A stretch of DNA of 23,616 nt from an uncultured delta proteobacterium. Lineage in GTDB: Bacteria > Desulfobacterota > Binatia > Bin18. Made by a program: the position numbers and the translations under genes. The notes below the pieces were generated by a model. The model did no database searches. It saw only the letters and a list, made by a program, of their open reading frames with translations, and was not told the origin of the DNA. The stretch is from assembly GCA_963733195.1 (NCBI GenBank), contig CAVTCR010000031.1, positions 1-23,616 of the forward strand, in the 5' to 3' direction. This document shows positions 1 through 8,327 of this stretch, piece after piece (within the stretch, counting starts at the first letter, position 1; the number at the start of each line of letters is the position of its first letter).

Positions 1-1550
1 CGGTCGGTGTCATTCGTGCTCCTAGTCGCTTCGCCATGCTGGCGGAAAAGAGCTTACGTCCAGCATCCGCTAGGCTCTGTGATGCCCGACACACTTTAAG
101 CACTTCCGCAAGCTGGAGCTGATCGAACAAGTCGATCTCCGCGCTAGCGTGTCAGACTCCCAAGCAGCGCAGCCAGCGAGGACTCAGTCGGCTCTTCACG
201 CCAGAGCGCTTGCAGCCTCAGCGATTTCACTCGTCGACCACATCGAGAGCGTGATTCGGCCACCATCCGCGAGCGTGGCCATGCGGGTGACGGAAGCCGA
301 CAGCTCACGGAAGTTCCCTGCCCACACTGCCGTCGGTGCGGTCGCAAAGGCGCAGGTAGTGCTCCCGTCGCTTCTTTGTTAAAGCGGACGGTGACACCGT
401 TCTCCTGCGCGAAGCGCGCCAAGCTCATAGCTCCAGGTTCGGCTCGATGTCCTCGCGCCGCTCAACCAGCGACGGCAGAAAGAACGTCCACAGATTGATG
501 CGGGCAAACGAGATCCTCGCGAAACCGCCCAGCCTTGTACCGCGTCGCGGAGATCACGGTTGGTTCCGGCAATCAACTGAAAGTCGCTCGCGACCTCTCG
601 GTCACTGCCAAAGGGAAAGAACCGCTTTTCTTCGACCGCTTTGAGCAACATCGCTTGCTCATCGAGCCCCAACTCGCCAATCTCATCCAAGAAAATAAGT
701 CCTTTGTCGGCTTTACGCAGCAAGCCGGCACGGTCCGCCATCGCTCCGGTAAACGCCCCTTTGACATGCCCAAACAACGTGGACATCGCGCTCTCGCCAC
801 GCAGCGTCGCGCAATTGACTTCGACGAACTCCCCAGAAAGCCGATGGCGTGCGTGTTTGAGCGCGAAGACGCGTCGAGCCAGGAATGATTTTCCTGCGCC
901 GGTTGGACCAATCAGCAGCACCGGGGCGCGCGAGCGTACGGCGACCCGCTCAATGTCAGTAATCATGCGGTTGAACTGTGCATTGCGCGTTTCAATACCG
1001 GACTTAAGAAAAAGAGACCCGCTCTTCTTGTTCACGTCGGAAACGGGCAGCAATCTGGTTGTACTTGGACAGGTCAAGGTCAATAATCGTGTAGGTGCCA
1101 CTCACGTCGATCCGTTGTCGTTTCGGAGGCGAGGTTTGCAGAGCGGGCAGGAAAAAGACCGTGTTTCCGTTAGCAGGAACATACAAATCTGCGCAACATG
1201 CGTACCGGTGGTGATGTGCATAAAATAGTCTTCGTATGTCTGGATCAAACGGATACCCACGCGCGTAATCGTGGAGGACACTGTAGACCTCTTCAAAATC
1301 CCATGGATCGCGGAGGTCCAGCAGCACCGGTCGCAGCTCGGTTTCTGGTGAGACCTGACGAATATCCGCTGCTCAATTGATCCACCAGACCTTGGTGTGG
1401 TGCGCTGTACAACAATTCAAACCGATGGACCAGCAAGTCCTCATGCTGACACAGCGCCACGCTGGGTCGCCATTTTTCCCATCGCCCTAGCCCTTTTCCT
1501 CCGTTATCAAGCTGCGTTCCGACAAAACCGATGACGACTGTTTTCTTCAT
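1..1550 (-). CDS. rtcR: RNA repair transcriptional activator RtcR (CARF-like sensor + sigma54 AAA+ domain); several frameshifts, 3' end runs off the window
   Basis: Fragments 1293-1550 (MKKTVVIGF..RWEKWRPSVALCQHEDL), 1004-1327 (DPWDFEEVY), 1102-1296 (HITTGTHVAQIC), 379-1101 (Walker A GPTGAGKS, GAFTGA, Walker B FLDEIGE). The C-terminus (IDLFDQLQLAEVLKVCRASQSLADAGRKLF) can be read down to base 1. Divergent from rsr/rtcBA. Confidence 0.93.
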
Positions 1551-1579
1551 AGAAGATATATTTATAGATATTTTTCTAT
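1549..1579. promoter_or_regulatory. AT-rich imperfect inverted repeat, candidate RtcR enhancer (UAS)
   Basis: ATAGAAGATAT...ATATTTTTCTAT abutting the rtcR start, about 120-150 bp upstream of the sigma54 -24 box; function inferred from position. Confidence 0.45.
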
Positions 1580-1698
1580 TTTATAAATAATATTTTTGCC
1601 TTTTTCTTTCAGCGCGATTTTCGTCGCTTGCATCTTTTTTATCAAGAAGACTTTGTAGAATAGGTCCTTACACCAGAAGAGAGATCATTTTCATATCG

Positions 1699-1714
1699 TG
1701 GCACGTCGGTTGCT
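1699..1714 (+). promoter_or_regulatory. Sigma54 (-24/-12) promoter of the rsr-Y RNA-rtcBA operon
   Basis: TGGCAC-gtcgg-TTGCT, an exact consensus match, 48 bp upstream of the rsr ATG and adjacent to a sigma54 activator gene. Confidence 0.92.
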
Positions 1715-1762
1715 CTCTATAACAAAAACAGACGAAAACACAAGGTGAAAGGAACAATACGT

Positions 1763-3362
1763 ATGGCAAACTTCCAGTTATTCCAAACATTACGCGGTGA
1801 AACTCTTACCGTTCGAAACAACGATAGTCAATCAGGAAAACTCCATCGCTTACGAGTATCCGGGCCAAACATAAGCTGAGCACATTACGCGGTGACGGGG
1901 TGCCGCTGAACCAAACTTTTTATGCGTCTGCCGAAGCGCAACTCGAAACCGTGCTTGCGCTTTAACGAAGAAGGTCGAACCCGCCTTTGTCGCCAAAACT
2001 GCCGTGTACTGTCGTGAACAGGGCTTTCTTGAAAGACGTGCCAACACTTTGCTCACTGCCGCACTGTCGGTGAAGGGACGGAATACTTACCAGCAAGTTT
2101 TCTCTCGTGTCATCGATAATGGAAAGATGTTGCGCAACTTCGTGCAGATTCTACAGCAGCCGGGGCTGGTTGGCCGCAAGTCTTTGGGAACGCGCCCGAA
2201 GTTGTTAAGTCCAGAAATGGCTGAACACTGCGAGTGGGAACAGTTCCTTGATCGACGCGGCAGTAGGAACAACACCTTCTCTTCGCTGATGTGGTGAAAA
2301 TGGTCCACCCAAAGCCAGCCGATAAGGCACGGAAAGCATTCTTCCGCGTGGCTCATTGGTAAGCCGTATGCAGCAGACGCCTTACCAGGTGACACTCCAG
2401 GCATTTGAGGAATCTCAAAAGTAAGAAAACTACGATGGGTTACCATCAGTACCGTTTCAGATGCTCACTGCGCTTTGATCTGACAGGAAAGAGGCGTGCG
2501 GCCCACGCCGTCGCGGCAAGCTGGGTGGCGGGCAGCGTGCGGATGAACTTGAATACCTTTGCTCGTCATGCAGTGTTTACGGCGTGGACGGAATGGCTGA
2601 CGAGATTGCCGGGTAGTTCCAGGATGCTCAAGCGATCCGCAAGGCGCGCGTATTTCCATACCAACTGTTGATGGCGTACAAAGCAGCGTCCGAGAGAGAT
2701 CCCATTCGTTGTCCGCGAGGCGTTGCACGATGCACTGGAAGTCGCAGTAGAGAATGTGCCCACATATTCAGGACAGGTTGTGATCTGCCCGGACGTGTCA
2801 GGTTCAATGTCATCACCAGTGACAGGACATCGGGCTGGGGGCACGACCGCCGTGCGGTGTATCAAGTCATCAGCTCTACATCGCAGCGGCATTCGTGCGG
2901 AAGAATTCGCAGACAACACTCGTACTGCCGTTTGAAACAATAAGGTCTGTACAGTCCGTCTTAAATCCACGGGATTGGATTGGCATGACCAACGCCGAGA
3001 AGTTGGCGGCAATCGGCGGTGGTGGGACCAACTGTAGCGCACCGTTAGCGTGGTTGAATAAACAGAAGGAACACGCTCATCTCGTCGTCTTTGTTTCAGA
3101 CAACCAATCTTGGGTCGATAACCGCAAACATGGAGCCACGGAGATGATGCGGCAGTGGGATGCCTTCAAGCAGAAAAATCACAAGGCGAAGTTGGTCTGC
3201 CTGGACCTGCAACCATATGGGACAACCCAAACGGCCGAGTGTGAAGATATTCTCAACATCAGAAGATCCAGTCATACCGCTTTCTCCATCATTGATCGCT
3301 TCGCTCGTGGGCAGCTTGGGCCGGAGCATTGGGTAGGTGAGATTGAGGCGGTGGAACTCTAA
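1763..3362 (+). CDS. rsr: Ro60/TROVE + vWA RNA-binding protein (Rsr); heavily frameshifted in this sequence
   Basis: Starts MANFQLFQTLRG after an AAGGA SD. Fragments carry IDNGKMLRNFVQI, GRKSLGTRPK, the MIDAS motif DVSGSM, GGGGTNCSAPL, VFVSDNQSW and the terminal HWVGEIEAVEL. Context matches rsr-yrl-rtcBA. Confidence 0.88.
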
Positions 3363-3373
3363 AGTATGGAATC

Positions 3374-3438
3374 GCGTCCGAATGCTTGTGTGATTACATT
3401 TACCAATGTACAGGATCACACAACTCCTTGTCGGACGC
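3374..3438 (+). ncRNA. Y-RNA-like RNA 1 (minimal Ro-type stem plus hairpin)
   Basis: GCGTCCGA/TCGGACGC terminal stem, CGAATGC...CTTGTCG motif, TTGTGTGAT/ATCACACAA stem, TACATT-tacc-AATGTA hairpin. Confidence 0.75.
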
Positions 3439-3452
3439 ACTTAACAAGCAGA

Positions 3453-3539
3453 GCGCGAATGCTGATAGGACTACATTGGTATACTGGGTTCAATCCCCAG
3501 CCGGTCGTAAGGCCGGAAGTCTTATCGATCTTGTCGCGC
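3453..3539 (+). ncRNA. Y-RNA-like RNA 2 (T-arm plus GNRA-capped acceptor-like stem)
   Basis: GCGCGA/TCGCGC stem, CGAATGC..ACTACAT..CTTGTCG motif, TGATAGGACT/AGTCTTATCG stem, T-arm CTGGG-TTCAATC-CCCAG (3484-3500), CCGGTC-GTAA-GGCCGG (3501-3516). Confidence 0.8.
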
Positions 3540-3548
3540 CAACAATAC

Positions 3549-3678
3549 GCTGGCGAATGCCGGTGGAACTACATCGCTGATAACGAGGTGGACGCGGGTT
3601 CGAGTCCCGCCGGCTCCAAAAAATATGGAGCCGTAGCTCAGTGGTAGAGCGCCGGTTTCACCAACCCTTGTCGCCGGT
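3549..3678 (+). ncRNA. yrlA: YrlA-like Y RNA 3 with a permuted tRNA domain including an anticodon (GAU) arm
   Basis: GCTGGCGA/TCGCCGGT and GGTGGAAC/GTTTCACC stems enclose the anticodon arm (3574-3586), T-arm (3594-3610), loop-closed acceptor stem CGGCTCC/GGAGCCG and D-arm GCTC-AGTGGTA-GAGC. Confidence 0.88.
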
Positions 3679-4403
3679 TGTAGAATGAAACGAGAGGATA
3701 AGTATGATCACACGAACCTACGACGTACTGCACCATGAAGGAATTGCGCCAATCAAGATGTGGACACAAGGCGTACCTGTTGAGGATTCAGCGAAACAGC
3801 AACTAACAAACACCGCTAAGATGCCGTTCATCCATAAGTGGCTCGCTGTCATGCCGGACGTGCATGTTGGAAAAGGTGCAACAATCGGTAGCGTTATTCC
3901 AACCAAGAGCGCAATTATTCCGGCGGCTGTGGGAGTCGATATTGGCTGCGGAATGATGGCGGTTAAGACAACGATCACGGCAAGTGATTTGCCAGATAGC
4001 CTTTCGGTGTTGCGGAACGCGATCGAACGAGCTGTTCCACACGGAAAAACGTTTGGGAGCCGAGATAAAGGTGCGTGGCAGATTACACCTGAGCTGGTTG
4101 ATCAGGCCTGGGAACAACTCCAGCCCCGCTTTGCCAAAATCGTTGAGAAGTACCCGAAACTAGAGAAGACGAATAATTACATTCATCTCGGAACGCTGGG
4201 TACGGGAAATCATTTTATTGAAGTTTGCTTGGATGAAGCGAATGCAGTTTGGTTTATGTTGCACAGCGGTTCGCGTGGTGTCGGTGGAGCAATCGGAAAC
4301 TTGTTCATCGAGCTGGCGAAACGGGATATGCGAACCTGGTTGATCAATTTGCCAGATATGAACCTTGCATATCTGCCGGAAGGAACTGAGCACTTCAATG
4401 ATT

Positions 4404-5386
4404 AGACATTATGCGAAATAAGCTAGAATGGGGTGGTGCTTGAATATAAACGACTGAAAAAAGACCGACGACAAGTGTTGGCGTTGACAGGATTGACCCC
4501 CAAAGAGTTTGGCGTGTTGCATGAGGCGTTTTGCGTTGCCTATGCAACCCTGTACCCAGCAGACAAGACGGCAGAGGGGCAGGTCCGCAAGCGACAGGGC
4601 GGAGGGGGACGCAAAGGGCAGTTGGGCACGACGGAGCAGAAGCTGTTGTTCAGTCTGGTGTATCTGAAGACCTATCCGCTGCAGGCTCTGTTGGGCGCGA
4701 TGTTTGGGCTGAGCCAGTCGCGGGTGAACCGGTGGTTGCAGCGGTTGCTGCCGATTGTGAAGCACGCCTTGGATGAGTTGGGCGTGCTGCCAGGCCGCGT
4801 GCCGGAGCAGTTTGCTGAGCAGGAACGGGACCAGCAGGAAGCCGCGGAGCTGATTATCGACGGAACGGATCGTCGCCGCCAGCGCCCGAAAAACAAGGTG
4901 AAACAGGCCTTGCACTATAGTGGCAAGCACAAAACGCATAGTGACAAGAACATCGTGGTGGTGAATGCGAAGACCAAACGTGTGGGCTATTTGAGTCAAA
5001 CGTATGCGGGGAAAATGCACGACAAAAAGATCGTGGATACCGAACCGATTTGCTATCCGCCCGACACGATCCTGTATAAGGACACCGGTTTTCAGGGGTA
5101 TGAGCCCAAAGTGCGACAGACGCATCAACCGAAAAAAAGCCATGCAAAGGGACGTTAACCCGGGGACAAAAGCGCCACAATCGCAAGCTGTCACGGGTCC
5201 GCGTTCGCGTGGAGCATGCCCTTGCGGGGGTGAAACGCTCCCGCATTGTGAAGGAGGTCTTTCGCAATACCAAAGAGGAATTGTCAGATCTGGTAATGGT
5301 CGTTGCATGTGGCTTACACAATCTCCGCGTGCGTTACCGCAAGCGGCGGCTGCGAATATGAGGAAAAGTTATTTCGCATAATGTCT
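4404..5386 (+). mobile_element. IS5-family (ISL2/IS702-like) insertion sequence, 983 bp
   Basis: Perfect 18-bp terminal inverted repeats AGACATTATGCGAAATAA (4404-4421) and TTATTTCGCATAATGTCT (5369-5386); 3-bp target duplication ATT (4401-4403, 5387-5389). Confidence 0.93.
4433..5361 (+). CDS. DDE transposase (HTH + DDE_Tnp_4-like) in two frames joined by a -1 shift at A-AAA-AAG
   Basis: IIDGTD, YSGKHKTH and DTGFQG in ORF 4433-5158. The -1 frame after A7G (5132-5139) continues KPCKGTLTRGQKRHNRKLSRVRVRVEHALAGVKRSRIV...ACGLHNLR to TGA at 5359-5361. Confidence 0.88.
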
Positions 5387-5930
5387 ATTATGTTGAAGCC
5401 GTCGAATGGGCGCAGGATTTTGCCCGCCTGAACCGGGAAGTGATGATGCACAATCTCATCCAAGCGGTGCGGGCAGTGATCACCAAACCGTTTGAGACCC
5501 ATGTTGAAGCAGTAAACTGTCATCATAATTACGTCGCCCGCGAACATCATTACGGAGAAGATGTATATGTCACCCGTAAAGGGGCAGTACGAGCACGGCA
5601 AGGAGACCTCGGAATCATTCCTGGGAGCATGGGTGCTCGATCGTATATCGTGCGCGGATTAGGAAACGAAGAAAGTTTCTATAGCTGCAGTCACGGCGCA
5701 GGACGTGTGATGTCACGAACCGAAGCAAAGAAACGTTTCACGGTGGATGATCATATTGCGGCGACGCAAGGGATCGAGTGCCGGAAAGACGAAGACGTGA
5801 TCGACGAAACACCAGCAGCATATAAATCGATTGACGCGGTCATGCATGCGCAGCGAGATTTGGTGGAGATCATGTATACGTTGAAACAGGTTGTGTGTGT
5901 GAAAGGGTAATATCAATATAGTTCATCTCG

Positions 5931-5998
5931 CCCCTCACCCTAATCCTCTCCCCGCTGGGGGAGAGGGCAGCAGACGCGAAGCGGCTGTGGGTGAGGGG
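5931..5998. repeat. BoxC/REP-like multi-branched palindrome between rtcB and rtcA
   Basis: CCCCTCACCC/GGGTGAGGGG outer stem enclosing CCTCTCCCC/GGGGAGAGG and a CGC-GAA-GCG hairpin. Confidence 0.7.
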
Positions 5999-6041
5999 AA
6001 CCAAATGAAACTCCTCAGCGAAGCTTTTCTGAAAGTCCTTC

Positions 6042-7064
6042 ATGATCATCATCGACGGCTCACAGGGTGAAGGTGGCGGGCAGATTTTACGCACCACTCT
6101 GGCCCTTTCTATTCTGACCAAACAACCCGTGCGGATTGAACACATCCGCGCCAAGCGGGCAAAACCCGGCTTATTGCGTCAACACTTGACTGCTGTGCAA
6201 GCAGCAGTTGCCGTCAGTAGCGGGCAAGTCGATGGTGCGGGAGTGGGCTCGCGTGCGCTCACCTTCCATCCGGGAACTGTGAGCGGAGGTAACTACCATT
6301 TTGCCATCGGCACAGCAGGAAGCTGCACGTTGGTGTTGCAGACGATTCTATTGCCACTTCTACGGGCTGACCGTGAGAGTACCGTGACGATTACCGGCGG
6401 GACCCATAATAGAGCCGCACCGCCAGTCGATTTTCTGCAGCGGGCATTTGTACCACTGCTCAAGCGTATGGGTGCGGACATCGAAGTCGAACTCAAAAAG
6501 TACGGCTTCTATCCTGTTGGTGGTGGAGAGATCGTCACGCGTATTCGGCCCTGCTCTACTCTTCTCAGTTTAGAGTTGAATGAGCGTGGAGAGCGCCGCC
6601 GCAGTATTGCGGAAGCGTATGTTGCCAATCTACCTGTGCACATTGCTGAACGTGAGCTACAAACCGTCAGTGAGTTGATGAACTGGCGCAAAGAGCAATT
6701 GTTCATACGTGGCTTGCCACAGCAGAGCGGTCCAGGAAATGTTGTGACTCTCACACTCGAACACGAGCATGTCAATGAAGTCTTCACCGGCTTTGGTGAG
6801 CGCGGCATTCCAGCCGAGGCCGTCGCCAAGACCGCCTGCAAAGGAGCGCTCGACTACATTGCCAGTAACGCCGCCGTCGGCCCGCATCTCGCCGATCAGA
6901 TTCTATTACCATTGGCACTCGCAGGTAGCGGTCGCTTCACCATGCTTGCACCAACGCAGCATTTCACCACCAATGCAGCGGTGATTGAGAAGTTTTTGCC
7001 GGTGAGGATTCAATTTGATCAGAAAGACCATAATTTTTGCTATGTAACTGTAAAAAGCAAATAA
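6042..7064 (+). CDS. rtcA: RNA 3'-terminal phosphate cyclase RtcA
   Basis: IDGSQGEGGGQILR, PGLLRQHL, GTAGSCTLVLQT, GFYPVGGG, HLADQILL, HFTTN; intact 340 aa. Confidence 0.97.
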   Translation: MIIIDGSQGEGGGQILRTTLALSILTKQPVRIEHIRAKRAKPGLLRQHLTAVQAAVAVSSGQVDGAGVGSRALTFHPGTVSGGNYHFAIGTAGSCTLVLQTILLPLLRADRESTVTITGGTHNRAAPPVDFLQRAFVPLLKRMGADIEVELKKYGFYPVGGGEIVTRIRPCSTLLSLELNERGERRRSIAEAYVANLPVHIAERELQTVSELMNWRKEQLFIRGLPQQSGPGNVVTLTLEHEHVNEVFTGFGERGIPAEAVAKTACKGALDYIASNAAVGPHLADQILLPLALAGSGRFTMLAPTQHFTTNAAVIEKFLPVRIQFDQKDHNFCYVTVKSK

Positions 7065-7096
7065 GCGAGGTCGTAATTTTTTCTATGGAGGAATCG

Positions 7097-7759
7097 ATGT
7101 CTCAGTTTGTACGTCCTGATCTCTCGAATTTCCCACTGTTTCAGTATGGAAGAATACGTCTGAAAATCGAAGATAAGATAACAAAAGAAATGCGACCACT
7201 ATGCCGGGCATTAGTTCGTGCCCAAAATTCTGTACACTTTGCGTGGTTCTCGGAAGCGGGCGCAAAACTCATGCACTGTACGAGGAAGAACAACAAGATC
7301 TTCGAGAGGGATTTTTTCGTGCGGCTCTTACGGAATTGGTGTCAATAGAAGACATCTTACATCTCGATTTATCCGCACTTGGAATCTCTAAGCCTTCGTT
7401 AAAACTTAACCACACCACTAATCCTCTCCTGCATCTCTTTCGTGAATTACGCAACCATGAAATACATCTACAACACAACTCGTTATCAGCAAAGGATAAG
7501 GATGTGCTCTGGGGTAATATATAAACGTCCCAGCGAAGCCACGCCACTTCGTATTTCGATCTTCTCTCTTGAAGGCGTGACTATCAAATCGTTTTCGCAA
7601 CTGAATAATGCGAGACGCTATACGCCAACAGAGATTCACTGTCTTGTCGATTGGTTTAACAAATCACAGGCAAAGTGGGGAATACAAGAGCTGTTGTTGA
7701 CCGCTGTTGAGGAGTATTGCCGTGAACTCGTAAGTTTCTACCTGAACAGGAATCCTTAG
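7097..7759 (+). CDS. Hypothetical protein of about 220 aa with a HEPN-like RNxxxH motif (two apparent frameshifts)
   Basis: GGAGG SD then ATG at 7097. Three overlapping ORF pieces join near 7270 and 7520. Helical FFRAALTELVSIED precedes LFRELRNHEIH (R at 7450-7452, H at 7465-7467). Confidence 0.6.
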
Positions 7760-7763
7760 TTTC

Positions 7764-7784
7764 GTAGCCCGGATGAAATCCGGG
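7764..7784 (+). repeat. GTAG-type REP palindrome
   Basis: GTAG-CCCGGAT-GAA-ATCCGGG. Confidence 0.7.
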
Positions 7785-7843
7785 GAGTATTATTTCTACG
7801 TCTAGCTTGGCTTTCCGAGCATGGTCTGAAATAGTACACAAAG

Positions 7844-8077
7844 ATGCACTTCGAGATTGTCGGAGAGATTACCGATATTGAGCCCATTGCAATCAAGACA
7901 AGGATTCACATTTTACCTCTACTCCGAAAACAATATGGCCAGGGACGCTGGCGGAAACTCAAAGGGAATGCAACAGTTCGCCTAGCTGACGGCACTATCC
8001 GTCATGCCGAGGTCCATTGGTTTGAAGCGCACGGAATCGGTAAACGAAAAATGCGGATAAAACACTTCCTGGATTGA
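7844..8077 (+). CDS. Small basic hypothetical protein, putative toxin
   Basis: 77 aa, GRWRKLKG and AEVHWFEAHGIGK motifs, tightly coupled to the next ORF. Confidence 0.75.
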   Translation: MHFEIVGEITDIEPIAIKTRIHILPLLRKQYGQGRWRKLKGNATVRLADGTIRHAEVHWFEAHGIGKRKMRIKHFLD

Positions 8078-8081
8078 AACT

Positions 8082-8315
8082 ATGCCAACTCGACTAAAGC
8101 CGAAACGGCAATTTGCTATTTGTATTCACAGTGACGATACCGACATGCTGACACTACGTCGGATCTACGAAGTGTTGCCGGACGAGAGCGCGGCTAAGTC
8201 GAAATACATTCGCATTATTGATGATGAAGGCGAGGATTATTTGTATCCAGCCTCGTATTTCGTGTTCGTCGACTTCCCACCAGCGATCAAACAAGCACTC
8301 GCACAAGCTTCGTAA
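8082..8315 (+). CDS. Small hypothetical protein with acidic motif, putative antitoxin/immunity protein
   Basis: 77 aa, IYEVL...IRIIDDEGEDYLYPASYF, 4 bp after the upstream stop. Confidence 0.75.
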   Translation: MPTRLKPKRQFAICIHSDDTDMLTLRRIYEVLPDESAAKSKYIRIIDDEGEDYLYPASYFVFVDFPPAIKQALAQAS

Positions 8316-8327
8316 ATGAGATCCACT

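Larger units (their letters stand above)
3704..5910 (+). pseudogene. rtcB: RNA ligase RtcB interrupted by an IS (N part 3704-4403, C part 5390-5910)
   Basis: MPDVHVGKGATIG, VGVDIGCGM, GTLGTGNHFIE and LHSGSRG lie before the IS; NCHHNY, RKGA, IIPGSMG, SHGAGR and DETPAAYK lie after it. Removing the IS and one ATT restores HFND-YVEAVEWAQ. Confidence 0.95.

Noticed and set aside
3366-3647. 93-aa and 64-aa ORFs between rsr and rtcB
   Set aside because: They overlap structured Y-like RNAs and have no protein features.
3574-3653. Conventional tRNA gene or integration-site tRNA fragment
   Set aside because: The halves are in permuted order inside Ro-type stems and no integrase is nearby.
3374-3678. 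Repeated CGAATGC/CTTGTCG units as a CRISPR array
   Set aside because: No identical direct repeats, irregular lengths and no cas genes; explained by paralogous ncRNAs.
4409-5308. 299-aa minus-strand ORF spanning the IS
   Set aside because: Antisense shadow of the transposase with no recognisable motifs.
4404-5386. Intron or intein in rtcB
   Set aside because: TIRs, target duplication and a DDE transposase identify an IS; no splicing motifs were seen.
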